Assembly: GCA_038240075.1 (NCBI GenBank)
Contig: JBBSEC010000005.1
Location: 4,111-68,110 of the forward strand
Source: Acidimicrobiia bacterium
GTDB lineage: Bacteria; Actinomycetota; Acidimicrobiia; IMCC26256; PALSA-610
Direction of reading: 5' to 3'
Length of the DNA stretch: 64,000 nt
Shown: in pieces, positions 35,584-46,121 of the stretch
Layout of the letters: each line of letters starts with the position of its first letter
How positions within the stretch are numbered: position 1 is the stretch's first letter
The notes under the pieces: model-generated
Told to the model about the DNA's origin: nothing
Databases searched by the model: none
What the model saw: the letters and a program-made list of their open reading frames with translations, nothing else
Made by a program: the position numbers and the translations under genes

Positions 35584-36255
35584 GTGCCAACTCCGAGCGA
35601 GCTCGTCCGAGAGTCGTTTCTCTCGGGGGCCGCGGAGGCGCGCGGTCTCATCGCGTCACGCGAGGTTGCGGCGCGCTGGCGCGACCCGGCGGCGCTCTCA
35701 CAGCTCGAGGTCGGCGCGGTTGCCGGCCACCTCGCACGCGCCGCGTTCGTCGTCGTCGCCTACCTCGACGCGTCGGTTCCGGATCCGGGCGCTGCTCGCG
35801 CCGACGCAGCCGAGCTCCTCACTGCGGACCAGTACTTCGAGCAGATCCTCGCCGCGGCCGGTGACTCCGACGACACGCACGCCGCGATCCGCGCGCGTGC
35901 CGCCGCTGAAGCGGCCGCGGGTCAGGATGCACTCGTCGAACGGCTCGATGCGACGCTCGCGGAGCTCGACGCGCGCTTCGCATCGGAACCCGCGGACCGT
36001 ACGGTGCGGGTGGCCGGTGGCATCGTGCTCCCCCTCGACGAGTACCTCGTGACGCGGATGGTGGAGCTTGTCGTCCACTCCGACGACCTCGCGGCGAGCG
36101 CGGGTCTCGAGACGCCGGAGTTCGACGCGTTGACGATGGCGTGCGTGATCGGATGCATGCTCGCGATGGTGCGGGCCCGCCACGGCGATCTCGCGGTCAT
36201 GCGCGGCTTCGCCCGACGCGAACGCGACGCGATCAACGCACTCCGCGCATTTTGA
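35584..36255 (+). CDS. DinB-like / mycothiol maleylpyruvate isomerase N-terminal domain family protein (TIGR03083-like)
   Basis: From GTG 35584: ...VAARWRDPAALSQLEVGAVAGHLARA...MVELVVHSDDLAASAG. The start is uncertain. Its 3' end overlaps the convergent MFS gene by 23 nt. Confidence 0.65.
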   Translation: MPTPSELVRESFLSGAAEARGLIASREVAARWRDPAALSQLEVGAVAGHLARAAFVVVAYLDASVPDPGAARADAAELLTADQYFEQILAAAGDSDDTHAAIRARAAAEAAAGQDALVERLDATLAELDARFASEPADRTVRVAGGIVLPLDEYLVTRMVELVVHSDDLAASAGLETPEFDALTMACVIGCMLAMVRARHGDLAVMRGFARRERDAINALRAF

Positions 36256-37414
36256 CTTTTTCCTCGTCCGAGCCCATCCGGTACGCGAGGACACCGAAGA
36301 GACCGATGGCGCCCGCGAGCGGGCACCACAACGCGGCCGCGCCCCACTGGCCGTAGAGCGGCGCCGCGACCGCCGCGGAGGTCGCCGCGATCACCAGGCC
36401 CGTCGCCTCGTAGAGCCCCTGGCCGGCTGCAACCAGCTCGGGAGGACTCGAGTTCGCCACCGCGGCCTGCCCCGCGGGTGTGCTCCCGGAGTCGAAGATC
36501 GAGTGCACGAACGCAATGCACGCGAGCACGATCGGCGCAGTGAAGAAGCCGTACGCGACGACGAACGGCATCGTGCAGACCGCGCAGATCGACCCGACGC
36601 GCAACGGCCCGAACCGGTCGGCGAGCCGGCCGCCGATCGGCGCGAGCAAGGCGATCGGCGCCGCGAAGATCGTCAACGAGAGCGCCACGAAGAGGCGGGT
36701 CGCACCGCGGTCTTCGAGGAAGCGGGCCCACAGCGAGTCGTACACGCCGATCGGGACGTAGAGCGTCGCGCCGAGCAGCAGCCCGGCACGGATCCCGCGA
36801 CTGCGCAGCAAGATGCGCAGCGCGCGCCGGGGCGTCTCGCCATCGACCGCGGGAACGCGCATCCGGAACACGGTCGGGAGGCAGCCGGCCAGCAACGCGG
36901 CGAGCAGGAAGAACGGCGCGCGCAGCCCGAACCCGTCGGCGATGACCGCGCCGATCGGAGGGCCGAGCAGGAAGCCGCCGACCGTAAAGCTCGACAAGCG
37001 ACCGAGCGCTGCGCCGACGTTGTCGGGATTGCGTTCGATCACGACCCGGCGCGCGGCCGGGACGAACGCGCCCTCGCCGAGACCGAGCACGATGCGCGCG
37101 CCGACCAGCTCGACGAGGTGATGCGCGAGCGCCAGCCACAAGAGCCCGCCGACCGACACGAGCACCCCACCGATGAGCATCGCCCGCCCGTACCCGCGAT
37201 CGGCGTAGCGAGACAACGCAACCTGCGCGGCGAACCCAGCGAGGAACGAAGCGGCGACCGCGACGCCGAGCCCCCACGACGCGAAGTGCAGCGCGTGCTG
37301 GTAGTCGGGCAGGAGGGCGAAGATCGCACCGAAGCCGATCGTGACGGTCGCGGAGACGATGAGCAACGAGAAGGGCACGTCGATCGCCCGTGTTCGCTGC
37401 TTCCCGAGTTGCAC
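36233..37414 (-). CDS. MFS transporter
   Basis: 393 aa with about 12 TM helices. The LSRYADRGYGR loop resembles the MFS D-R-x-G-R-R motif. Confidence 0.88.
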   Translation of the reverse strand: MQLGKQRTRAIDVPFSLLIVSATVTIGFGAIFALLPDYQHALHFASWGLGVAVAASFLAGFAAQVALSRYADRGYGRAMLIGGVLVSVGGLLWLALAHHLVELVGARIVLGLGEGAFVPAARRVVIERNPDNVGAALGRLSSFTVGGFLLGPPIGAVIADGFGLRAPFFLLAALLAGCLPTVFRMRVPAVDGETPRRALRILLRSRGIRAGLLLGATLYVPIGVYDSLWARFLEDRGATRLFVALSLTIFAAPIALLAPIGGRLADRFGPLRVGSICAVCTMPFVVAYGFFTAPIVLACIAFVHSIFDSGSTPAGQAAVANSSPPELVAAGQGLYEATGLVIAATSAAVAAPLYGQWGAAALWCPLAGAIGLFGVLAYRMGSDEEKVKMRGVR

Positions 37415-37512
37415 TGGTCCCCCAAATCCGACCCGATCACGCTACCCGGGCCACCCGCAGCGCCGTGTGCGATTGCGCGTAGGCTCCCGAAAACCGACGG
37501 AGGAGACGAGCG

Positions 37513-38799
37513 ATGGCCATCGAGCTCGAGCCGGTACCCACCACGACGCTCGGCGTCGACGACATCCGGCTCGGCGAGCTCGAGACCTGGCTGCGGCCCG
37601 ACCGCGAAGGTGTGTTCGCGAAGTTGCGCGCCGAGGCACCGATCTCGTTCCACGCCGAGCCGGTCCCGCCGCCGGAGGTGCCGTTCCCGCAGGGCCCCGG
37701 GTTCTGGGCGCTCACCCGCCACGCCGACGTGATGCAGGTGAGCCGCGATCCCGACACGTTCCACTCTGCTCCGAGCACCAACATCGGCGACATCCCGCCC
37801 GAGATCGCCGAGTGGCTCGGCAGCATGATCAACATGGACTCGCCGCGGCACACGAAGTTGCGTCTCATCGTCAACCGCGGCTTCACGCCGCGGCGCGTCG
37901 CCGACATCGAAGAGTCGGTACGGACGCAGGCGCGCGAGATCGTCGACCGCGTCGCGCCCCTCGGTGAGTGCGACTTCGTGAGCGAGATCGCGGCGAAGCT
38001 CCCGCTGCAGATCATCTGCGACATGCTCGGCATCCCGCGCGACGACAACAACCGCATCTTCGAGCTCACGAACAAGATCCTCGGCGTCGGCGACCCCGAG
38101 TACGTCATGTCGCTCGAAGAGCTGATGGGCGCGGGCATGGAGCTGTTCCAGTACGGGCTCAACGTGGCCGAGGACCGGCTTCAGAATCCGCGCGACGACA
38201 TCACGAGCGCGCTGATGCACGCCGAGGTCGACGACGAGACCGGGACCCACAAGCTCACCGCGAGCGAGCTGGGCTCCTTCTTCCTGCTGCTCGTCGTCGC
38301 GGGCAACGAGACGACCCGCAACGCGATCAGCCACGGCCTGCTCGCGCTCACGGACCACCCTGATCAGCGACGCGTGTGGCTCGACGACTTCGACACGGTG
38401 TCGCCGACGGCGGTCGAGGAGATCGTGCGCTGGGCGACCCCGGTGATCCACTTCCGCCGTACCGCAGTCGTCGACACGGTCGTCGGCAACCAGGAGATCA
38501 AGGCCGGCGAGAAGGTCGTGATGTTCTACAACTCGGCCAACCGCGACGAGCGCGCCTTCCCGAACCCGTTCCGGTTCGACGTGACCCGCACGCCCAACGA
38601 GCACGTCGGCTTCGGCGCCGGCGGCCCCCACTTCTGCCTCGGCGCCAACCTCGCGCGCCGCGAGATCAAGGTGATGTTCGAGGAGCTCTTCCGCCGGCTC
38701 CCCGACATCGAGGTCAGCGGCGAGCCCGCGATGCTCCAGTCGTCGTTCATCCACGGCATCAAGCGCATGCCCTGCACGTTCACCGGAATCCGCCCCTGA
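37513..38799 (+). CDS. Cytochrome P450 (CYP124/125-like by eye)
   Basis: ATG preceded by GGAGGAG. Motifs [25 protein letters not shown] and heme motif [15 protein letters not shown]. Confidence 0.92.
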   Translation: MAIELEPVPTTTLGVDDIRLGELETWLRPDREGVFAKLRAEAPISFHAEPVPPPEVPFPQGPGFWALTRHADVMQVSRDPDTFHSAPSTNIGDIPPEIAEWLGSMINMDSPRHTKLRLIVNRGFTPRRVADIEESVRTQAREIVDRVAPLGECDFVSEIAAKLPLQIICDMLGIPRDDNNRIFELTNKILGVGDPEYVMSLEELMGAGMELFQYGLNVAEDRLQNPRDDITSALMHAEVDDETGTHKLTASELGSFFLLLVVAGNETTRNAISHGLLALTDHPDQRRVWLDDFDTVSPTAVEEIVRWATPVIHFRRTAVVDTVVGNQEIKAGEKVVMFYNSANRDERAFPNPFRFDVTRTPNEHVGFGAGGPHFCLGANLARREIKVMFEELFRRLPDIEVSGEPAMLQSSFIHGIKRMPCTFTGIRP

Positions 38800-38869
38800 G
38801 CGAGCCCGGTGCCCCTCGGCCGAGTGCGCGAGAAGCGGTAAGTCTGCTCGGCGGGGTTACCGTGCGTGG

Positions 38870-40948
38870 GTGATGCAACTCGACTGGCGCCACTGCCGCG
38901 CCGTCGTCGCCCGTGCCGCGGGCATGGCGGTGCTGACGACGGCGCTGCTCGGGTCGCTGGTGATGGGCGGATCTCGTGAGGCACGTCGCGTTCCGCTGGT
39001 CGGGCTTTCGTCGGCGTCGGCGTCGGTGACCGGTATCCACAAGATCCAACACGTCATCGTATTGATGCAGGAGAACCGGTCGTTCGACAGCTATTTCGGA
39101 ACCTATCCGGGCGCGGACGGGATCGCGATGTCGAACGGTGTACCGACCGCGTGCGTGCCGGACCCGAACACCGGGGGTTGTGACCGGCCGTACCTCAACC
39201 ACGCCGACGATCAGGGCGGCGGACCGCACTCGAAGCTCAACGCGATCAGCGACATCGATTCCGGGAAGATGGACGGCTTCGTTGCGACGGACGAAACCGC
39301 ACAGAAGAACTGTGTCGATCCCGCGAATGCGGCGTGTGCGACTCTTCCGATCGACGTGATGGGATATCACAATGGCACCGACATCCCGAATTACTGGAGT
39401 TACGCGCGAAACTTCGTGCTGCAAGATCGCCTGTTCGAGCCGAACGCGTCCTGGAGCCTCCCAGAGCACCTCTTCCAGGTTTCGGAATGGTCGGCGATCT
39501 GCACGACGCGCAATACCCCGAGCTCCTGCACAAACTCGATCACGATGAAAGCGCCGTATCCGCCCAACGACTGGACGTCGTTACCAGCCGGTGCACCGAA
39601 CGCACCGATCTACGCGTGGACTGACCTCACGTACCTTCTCCACAAGAACAACGTGTCGTGGCGGTACTACGTGACGACCGGAACCGAGCCCGACTGCGAG
39701 AACGATGCGGCGCTGAGCTGCATTCCGACGAAGCAGAGCTATCGGACCGCGGGCATCTGGAATCCATTGCCGTATTTCGATACCGTCGTCAATGACGGTC
39801 AGGTCGGCAACATCCAATCGGTCGCGAACTACTACGCCGCCGCGAAGAGCGGAACGTTGCCGGCGGTATCGTGGGTTGTTCCGTCCGGCCCCGAGAGCGA
39901 CCATCCAGCCTCGTCGGTGAGCGCCGGGCAGTCGTTCGTGACCAGCGTCGTCAACGCGGCGATGAACAGTCCCGACTGGAGCTCCACCGCTGTCTTCCTC
40001 GGCTGGGACGACTGGGGAGGCTTCTACGACCATGTCGTCCCGCCCGTCGTCGACCTGAACGGCTACGGCCTGCGTGTCCCGGGCATCGTCATCAGCCCTT
40101 ACGCCAAGAAGGGCTACATCGACCATCAGACGTTGAGCTTCGACGCAGACGTGAAGTTCATCGAAGACGACTTCCTCAACAGTCAACGACTCGACCCGAA
40201 AACCGACGGGCGACCCGATCCACGTCCCGACGTCCGCGAGAACGCGGCGATCCTCGGGAACCTCGCTTCCGACTTCGACTTCACCCAGACGCCGAGGCCC
40301 CCGCTCATCCTGCCCGTGCATCCGACCACGACGTTCACCAGCGTTGCGCCCTTCGGGCCGCTCACACCCTCAGCCACGCCGGGCAGCGGTCAAGCGCTCT
40401 TGCAATGGGCCCCGCCGATCACCGACGGCGGGTCGCCGGTCACGGGCTATCGGGTGTTCCCGTTCGCAGGCGCAACCGCGCTTGCGGCACGCACGTTCAC
40501 GGGCACGGCGAGAACCGCGACCATCAGCGGCCTCACGAACCGGCAGAGCTACACGTTCAAGATCGCGGCGATCAACGCCAAGGGCGTCGGCCTCGAATCG
40601 GTCAAGACCTCACCGGTCACGGTCGGCGCTCCGATCGCGCCGACGGGGGTCACCGCCACCGCGGGTGTCGGGCAAGCGACACTGCACTGGCAAGCGCCGA
40701 CCGTCAACAACGGCTCGCCTGTCACCGGATACCGGGTGACGCCATACCTCGGACTCGTCGCGCAACCCGTCCACACGTTCGGGAGCGCGTCAACCACCGA
40801 GACCGTCGCCGGCCTCGCCAAGGGCAGGACCTACACCTTCACGGTCGCGGCGCAGAACGCGAACGGGACCGGCCCCCCGTCTGCCGCGTCGGCACCCACC
40901 ACGATCGCGACGGCCAAGACGGGCCTCGATCGGCACACGCAGTTCTGA
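38870..40948 (+). CDS. Secreted phosphoesterase-family enzyme (phospholipase C / acid phosphatase type) with two C-terminal fibronectin type III domains
   Basis: [26 protein letters not shown] and [12 protein letters not shown] are PF04185-type motifs. Two ~90-aa FN3 repeats follow (...[13 protein letters not shown]... and ...[13 protein letters not shown]...). Confidence 0.88.
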   Translation: MMQLDWRHCRAVVARAAGMAVLTTALLGSLVMGGSREARRVPLVGLSSASASVTGIHKIQHVIVLMQENRSFDSYFGTYPGADGIAMSNGVPTACVPDPNTGGCDRPYLNHADDQGGGPHSKLNAISDIDSGKMDGFVATDETAQKNCVDPANAACATLPIDVMGYHNGTDIPNYWSYARNFVLQDRLFEPNASWSLPEHLFQVSEWSAICTTRNTPSSCTNSITMKAPYPPNDWTSLPAGAPNAPIYAWTDLTYLLHKNNVSWRYYVTTGTEPDCENDAALSCIPTKQSYRTAGIWNPLPYFDTVVNDGQVGNIQSVANYYAAAKSGTLPAVSWVVPSGPESDHPASSVSAGQSFVTSVVNAAMNSPDWSSTAVFLGWDDWGGFYDHVVPPVVDLNGYGLRVPGIVISPYAKKGYIDHQTLSFDADVKFIEDDFLNSQRLDPKTDGRPDPRPDVRENAAILGNLASDFDFTQTPRPPLILPVHPTTTFTSVAPFGPLTPSATPGSGQALLQWAPPITDGGSPVTGYRVFPFAGATALAARTFTGTARTATISGLTNRQSYTFKIAAINAKGVGLESVKTSPVTVGAPIAPTGVTATAGVGQATLHWQAPTVNNGSPVTGYRVTPYLGLVAQPVHTFGSASTTETVAGLAKGRTYTFTVAAQNANGTGPPSAASAPTTIATAKTGLDRHTQF

Positions 40949-41066
40949 CCCTGGGCCGTTCGGCCCGGTTGACTTTCCGCGCTCGGCGCGCCACACTGCC
41001 TGTACACAGTCAGTGGTCGGGCGACCACGCTATGCACGGGCGGCGTGCGGGTTGGGAGCAATTCTG

Positions 41067-41723
41067 ATGAAGGTCCAGAAGGTCGGCGCGACGCGTCGCG
41101 GAGTTCGACGGGTCGTGGCTTCGGGGGCGATCGTCGCCCTGTCGGGCGCCGCGGTCATCGCGGTGGGCTCAGGTGCCAACGTCGGCGCCACGAGCAACTA
41201 CACGCGGACGTGCTTCCAGGAGCTCGGGCAGCGTCACATCGCGCAGCTCAACGCCCCGCTGGTCGACATCACGCTGACCCCGACCGGACGCGGTTGCTGG
41301 CTGGTGGGCGCCGACGGCGGCGTCTTCGCCTTCGGTGACGCCCACTACTACGGCTCGGCCGCCGGCCTGGGTCTCGTCAGCAGCGTCGCGGGCATCGAAC
41401 CGACCCCCGACGACCAGGGCTACTGGCTCTACGCCTCCGATGGTGGCGTCTTCAACTTCGGCGACGCCGGCTACTTCGGCTCCGCGGGCGGCAGCGTCCG
41501 CGTCAACCCGATCGTCGGGATGCGGGTCACTCCGGGCGGCGACGGCTACTCGCTCACCGACTCCGTCGGCCGGGTCTACCGCTTCTTCGACACCGCGCCG
41601 TCGGCCGACAGCCTCGCCCGGGCGGCGAAGGTCGGACGCAAGGTCGAGAGCAAGGCGGAGCGCAAGGCTGCACGCAAGGCCGGCCGGAAGGCCACCCGCG
41701 TGAAGCTCCACGTGAAGCACTGA
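41067..41723 (+). CDS. Secreted protein with three ~42-aa blade-like repeats and a Lys/Arg-rich tail
   Basis: Signal/anchor is VVASGAIVALSGAAVIAVG. The repeats are PTGRGCWLVGADGGVFAFGDAHYYGS, PDDQGYWLYASDGGVFNFGDAGYFGS and PGGDGYSLTDSVGRVYRFFD. The tail is KVGRKVESKAERKAARKAGRKATRVKLHVKH. Confidence 0.75.
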   Translation: MKVQKVGATRRGVRRVVASGAIVALSGAAVIAVGSGANVGATSNYTRTCFQELGQRHIAQLNAPLVDITLTPTGRGCWLVGADGGVFAFGDAHYYGSAAGLGLVSSVAGIEPTPDDQGYWLYASDGGVFNFGDAGYFGSAGGSVRVNPIVGMRVTPGGDGYSLTDSVGRVYRFFDTAPSADSLARAAKVGRKVESKAERKAARKAGRKATRVKLHVKH

Positions 41724-41749
41724 CCCGATCGCGGCGGGTCCTCCGCCAC

Positions 41750-42223
41750 TCAGCGGGCGATGGGCATCTGGAGCTCGGTGCCGTTGCGGGCGTCGCCGGG
41801 ATCGTGGAACTCGAGGAAGAGCTCGCGGCTGCGACCGGCGAGCCGGAAGCCGCCGTCTTCGATCCAGGTCACGATCGCGATATAGGTGTCCTCGACCGAC
41901 TCCATCGAGCCTTGGTGCACGAGCGACGCGACCTCGACCACCGGGAGATCGACGACGTGCACGGACTCGCTGTCGTCGACGCGCTGATCACCGATGTCGA
42001 ATCCGGCGTGGAGCACGACACTGCCCTCGTCGTCGGGCTGCTCGTACCACGCGACCGACATGCGTGGCCGCGCGCCGGCCGCGCCGAGATGCGCCAACAC
42101 TTCGGGTAGGAGCCGGCCGAAGACCGGGGCAAGGTTCTCGTGACCGAATCCCGGCGCGACGCCGACGGCCTCGGCGATGCGTAACGGAGCCGTCGTCTTC
42201 AACACGATGTCGTAGTTCGCCAT
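41750..42223 (-). CDS. GyrI-like small-molecule-binding domain protein (intact ORF; formerly the effector domain of a MerR regulator)
   Basis: 157 aa starting MANYDIVLKTTAPLRIAEAVG, with its own ATG 7 nt after GAGAGGAG. See the MerR remnant immediately upstream. Confidence 0.7.
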   Translation of the reverse strand: MANYDIVLKTTAPLRIAEAVGVAPGFGHENLAPVFGRLLPEVLAHLGAAGARPRMSVAWYEQPDDEGSVVLHAGFDIGDQRVDDSESVHVVDLPVVEVASLVHQGSMESVEDTYIAIVTWIEDGGFRLAGRSRELFLEFHDPGDARNGTELQMPIAR

Positions 42224-42405
42224 TGGGTTGCTCCTCTCGATCGCCCGGAGATGGGCTTCGACCCGCTGGAGGCGCGCCTGGTCGTCGGCGAGTACCCCGT
42301 CGTCGGGTCGACCCGCGCGGGGCGCAGCAACCCGAGCTCGTCGTAGTGCCGCAACCGGCGGGGCGAGACGTGGCCGAGGCGGGCGAAATCTCCGATGCTC
42401 AACAT
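42199..42405 (-). pseudogene. MerR-family HTH remnant (wing and dimerisation helix deleted, out of frame with the GyrI-like domain)
   Basis: MLSIGDFARLGHVSPRRLRHYDELGLLRPARVDPTTGY is followed by junk. The GyrI frame upstream of its ATG reads LADDQARLQRVEAHLRAIERSNP, which is the end of a MerR coiled coil. The combined locus 41750-42405 is 656 nt (3n+2). Confidence 0.6.
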
Positions 42406-42478
42406 GACGTCACCATCGATACGCCTTCACGCAGTGTCAAGGTCGAGGGAAAAGTACCGTGACGCCCGAGGAGCGGCG

Positions 42479-43051
42479 ATGAGCGGGACCGAACGAGGCA
42501 CGGAGACCATCGAGCGCGCGCTCGATACCTACGTGGCGCGGGACGCGGCCGAGGTTGCCGACGTTGCGCGCCTCCGCGCGTTGCTGCAGCGCGAAGACGT
42601 CTGCGACCGTTCGACGCCCGTGCACGTCACCGGATCGGCCCTCGTCGTGTTCCCGCCGACTCGAACCGTGCTGTTGCGGTGGCACCCGCGCATGCGGATG
42701 TGGATGCAGGTCGGAGGCCACTTCGACGCCGGCGAGACCGATCCGTGGCTCGTGGCGATGCGCGAGGCACGCGAAGAGACCGGCCTCACGGATCTGCACG
42801 CCGCGGGCGCGACGGCCGAGCCGCCCGTGCAGATCGTGATCGTGCCGGTTCCCGCACACGGCGACGAGCCCGCGCACGAGCACGCCGACTTCCGGTACGT
42901 GTTCGTCACCGACACACCCACCGCGATCACGGCGGAGTCGCCCGACGCGCGACTCCGGTGGGTCGACCTCACGCAGGCCATCGACGAGACCGTCGAGGAG
43001 AACCTGCGCGTGTTCCTCTCCAGAGTCGAGGAGTCGGCCGCGATCCTCTGA
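42479..43051 (+). CDS. NUDIX hydrolase
   Basis: ATG 42479. Nudix box GGHFDAGETDPWLVAMREAREETGL. Confidence 0.88.
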   Translation: MSGTERGTETIERALDTYVARDAAEVADVARLRALLQREDVCDRSTPVHVTGSALVVFPPTRTVLLRWHPRMRMWMQVGGHFDAGETDPWLVAMREAREETGLTDLHAAGATAEPPVQIVIVPVPAHGDEPAHEHADFRYVFVTDTPTAITAESPDARLRWVDLTQAIDETVEENLRVFLSRVEESAAIL

Positions 43052-43052
43052 G

Positions 43053-43697
43053 TCAGTCCCGGCGTTCGGCGCGCACGAGGGCCACGCGGCCGAGATCGAG
43101 CACGCAGCGACCATCGTGGAAACCGCCGTCGGCGAGCGCCTGCAAATGCTCGGCGACCGTGAGCTGGTGGGCCTTCGGTTCCTCACCGGCGACGTTGACG
43201 ATGTCGGCGACGAGCGCAACTCCGCCGGGTCGCAGGCGCGTCAACGCCGACCGGTACAGACCGGGGATCAGATCGGCGCGCCGGAGCTCGTGAACGGCCT
43301 GCAACGTGACGATCGCGTCGTGGCCGCCGGTGATCGTGTGCTCCCAACCCGGCACGCGATAGTCGACCTCGATCAGGTCGGCCCGCGCCTTCCATTGCGA
43401 GAGGCGCACGGCCGCGATCGCGTGCATCGGTGCGGAGACGTCGAGCGCGGTGTAGCGCGCGACCGCGACACGCGAGCAGATCTGCTCCGCCAGGTATCCG
43501 GGCCCGGAACCGAGCTCCAGAATCCGAAGCGTGCCGTCGGGTGTCGCGTCGGCGAGCGCGGCGAGCTCCGCGAGGAACGCGTCGAACATCGCGCCGCGAT
43601 GAGGAGCGTCGTTCGCGGTCGCGGCCCATTCGGCGACGTACTCGGCGCTGTTCCACCGATGATCGGTCGGCACGTCGTCCGACCCGTACTCGAGCAC
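43053..43697 (-). CDS. Class I SAM-dependent methyltransferase
   Basis: GTG 43697 lies 1 nt after the upstream stop. Motif I is ILELGSGPGYL, with post-I TALDVS and a later RLRPGGVALV. Confidence 0.82.
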   Translation of the reverse strand: MLEYGSDDVPTDHRWNSAEYVAEWAATANDAPHRGAMFDAFLAELAALADATPDGTLRILELGSGPGYLAEQICSRVAVARYTALDVSAPMHAIAAVRLSQWKARADLIEVDYRVPGWEHTITGGHDAIVTLQAVHELRRADLIPGLYRSALTRLRPGGVALVADIVNVAGEEPKAHQLTVAEHLQALADGGFHDGRCVLDLGRVALVRAERRD

Positions 43698-43698
43698 G

Positions 43699-44817
43699 TC
43701 AGGAAGCGCCGTCGAGGATCTCGGTGAACCCCGACGGCTCGTGCGGACCGAGCACCAATTGCTCGAAGACGCCGACACCGACGCGCTCGCCCATCGTCGC
43801 GCGCACGATCTGCTGGATGTGGAGGCGGAACGGGTCGACGCCCACGTCGTCCTCGACCTTCCAGCGATCCGCATTGACGACGAGGTCGCCCTTCCAGTGG
43901 CCGTGGCCGAGCTCGGGATGCAGGTAGCCGAGCCCCCGCATCTGGAACGTCGCGAGCGGTTCGAGCGTGACGACCCGCTCCTCACCGCGGTGCGGAACGA
44001 GGTGGATCGTGGCGCCCTCCGCGCGTCGCGTCCCGCGCTTCCACCGCACGTCGGCGCGAACCGAAGCCATCGTCTCCATCACGACATCGGGCCCGAACAC
44101 CGGGTCGGTCGGCGACGCCAGCACGGGCATGACGAGCCCTTCGGAGTGCCACTGCCGCCCGTCGGCCAGCTCGTTGGTGTCGAAGTGCACGCACACGTCG
44201 TCGAAGTTGATCGGCGCCCAGAGCCAGAAGAACTGCGGCCCGAACCCGCCCGGTCCCGGCGGCGCGGCGCCGACCGGCCGCACGCCCCACGACCGGTCGC
44301 GGCAACCGACGATCTCGGCGGGCGTGATCGCGTGCGCCTCCCCGTCGATGCCGAGCGTGCCCTCCCACGCTCCCCATTGCGTCAGGCGGGTGTAGTCGAA
44401 CACCGCGGTCGCGCCGTCGTCGAGCCTGAAGCGCGGCTCCTCGACCACGGGCGAGCGGGCGCCGAACACGAGGTCGGCGGTGAGCCCCGAGTCGTTCGGC
44501 TCGACGCGCACGCGCAGCCGGCGAAACGGCTCCTCGATCGTGATCGAGATCGGCCCCACCTTCGTCTCGGTCGGATCGAGCGGCGCGCGTCGCGACGCGA
44601 TCACGCCGATCTCCTCGCCGTCGCGCAAGACGGCGAACGCCGCGTCCATCACCTTGCGGTTCGGGTACAAGCCGAGTGCCGCGCCGAAGTAGAGCGAGCC
44701 GTCGCGCGAGTAGCCGTTGAAGAAGTACCGGTCGTAGTGATTCAGACTGCTCTGCGCGGTGTGCGCGACCGGCTCGGAGGTCTGGTGCAACGGATAGTCG
44801 TCGAAGGGCGTCAGCAT
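43699..44817 (-). CDS. Conserved hypothetical protein (372 aa, beta-rich)
   Basis: MLTPFDDYPLHQTSEPVAHT...RDRSWGVRP...FFWLWAPINF. I recall similar actinobacterial proteins near lipid-metabolism genes but cannot name the family with confidence. Confidence 0.7.
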   Translation of the reverse strand: MLTPFDDYPLHQTSEPVAHTAQSSLNHYDRYFFNGYSRDGSLYFGAALGLYPNRKVMDAAFAVLRDGEEIGVIASRRAPLDPTETKVGPISITIEEPFRRLRVRVEPNDSGLTADLVFGARSPVVEEPRFRLDDGATAVFDYTRLTQWGAWEGTLGIDGEAHAITPAEIVGCRDRSWGVRPVGAAPPGPGGFGPQFFWLWAPINFDDVCVHFDTNELADGRQWHSEGLVMPVLASPTDPVFGPDVVMETMASVRADVRWKRGTRRAEGATIHLVPHRGEERVVTLEPLATFQMRGLGYLHPELGHGHWKGDLVVNADRWKVEDDVGVDPFRLHIQQIVRATMGERVGVGVFEQLVLGPHEPSGFTEILDGAS

Positions 44818-44891
44818 GCCCGGATGCTACGAACTCGCAGGCCACCGCGGTCGTTTTCACTCGGGAGGGCGACGGCCATTAGGGTCGCAGG

Positions 44892-44907
44892 CTGACGTCG
44901 GCGTCAG
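44892..44907. promoter_or_regulatory. Palindrome CTGAC-N6-GTCAG in a divergent promoter region (candidate operator)
   Basis: CTGACgtcggcGTCAG lies between the divergent starts at 44817 and 44944. The same half-sites and spacing recur at 52416-52431. Confidence 0.35.
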
Positions 44908-44943
44908 GTTCGAAGAGAGCAACCCGAGCATGCGGAGAGCGAG

Positions 44944-46119
44944 ATGAAGCTGGCGTGGAGTCCCGGCGACGAGGCGTTTCGCGCCGAGCTCATCGAGTTT
45001 CTCGACGCCAACACGCCGCCCGAGGCCACCGGCTACGACTTCCTCGGTGAGGTGTCGGCGGGCGACGAGATCTTTCCCGCGTGGCTGCGGGCCTGGCAGG
45101 CGACCCTCTTCGACAAGGGGTGGATGATCCCCGGTTACCCGCCCGAGCTCGGCGGCCGGGACTGCACGCCGGTGCAGACGCTGATCTATCTCGAAGAGCT
45201 CTCGAAGCGCCGGATCCCGCGCGCAACCCACTTCCCGGGATACGCGATCGTGGCGCCGAGCCTCCTCGAGTACGGCAACGAGGAGCAGCGCACCCTCGTT
45301 CCCGCCGCGATCCGGGGCGACACGATCTGGTGTATCGGCATGAGCGAGCCCAACGCGGGATCCGACCTCGCGGGGCTCCAGACGCGCGCCGAGGTGTACG
45401 CCGACGAGTTCGTGATCAACGGCCAGAAGGTGTGGACGAGCTACGCGACCGTCGCGAGCAAGTGCTTCTGCTACGTGCGCACCGACCCGGCCGCGCCGAA
45501 GCACCGCGGCATCTCGCTCCTCATCGTCGACATGGACACACCCGGCATCGAAGTACGACCGCTGCGCCACATCAACGGCAAGGCCGAGTTCGCCGAGGTG
45601 TTCTTCACCGATGTTGTCGTGCCGCGTGCGAACCTCGTCGGTGAGCTCAACGGCGGCTGGACCATCACGCAGGGCTCCCTCGCGCACGAACGTGCCGGTC
45701 TCTGGGTCGACGGCGTCGCGCGGCTCGAGCAGACCGTGCTCGGCCTCGTCGCGCTGGCGAAGCGGACGGGCCGCGATCTCGATCCCGTTGCGCGCCGGCG
45801 CATCGCGGCGATCTACGAGATGACCGCGAGCCTGCGCGCGCTCGGCTACAAGGGCTTCTCCTCGTTCGCGCAGGGATCGTCGGCCCCCGAGCACTCGTTC
45901 ATGAAGATGGCGACGTCGGAAACCGGCAAGGCCGTGTTCGAGCTGGGCATGGAGCTCTGCGGGCCGTTCGGCGCGGTGACCGATCCCGAGCTCGGAGAAG
46001 AATCGGGACGCTGGGTCAACATGTTCTTCATGAGCTTCGCCAACACGATTGCCGGTGGGAGCTCAGAGATCCAGCGCAACATCATCGCCCAGCGCATCCT
46101 CGGACTCCCCCGGAAGTAA
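44944..46119 (+). CDS. Acyl-CoA dehydrogenase (large subunit of a probable heteromeric pair)
   Basis: 391 aa. GMSEPNAGSDLAGLQTRAEV...INGQKVWTS and a C-terminal ...SSEIQRNIIAQRILGLP. Confidence 0.9.
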   Translation: MKLAWSPGDEAFRAELIEFLDANTPPEATGYDFLGEVSAGDEIFPAWLRAWQATLFDKGWMIPGYPPELGGRDCTPVQTLIYLEELSKRRIPRATHFPGYAIVAPSLLEYGNEEQRTLVPAAIRGDTIWCIGMSEPNAGSDLAGLQTRAEVYADEFVINGQKVWTSYATVASKCFCYVRTDPAAPKHRGISLLIVDMDTPGIEVRPLRHINGKAEFAEVFFTDVVVPRANLVGELNGGWTITQGSLAHERAGLWVDGVARLEQTVLGLVALAKRTGRDLDPVARRRIAAIYEMTASLRALGYKGFSSFAQGSSAPEHSFMKMATSETGKAVFELGMELCGPFGAVTDPELGEESGRWVNMFFMSFANTIAGGSSEIQRNIIAQRILGLPRK

Positions 46120-46121
46120 CC

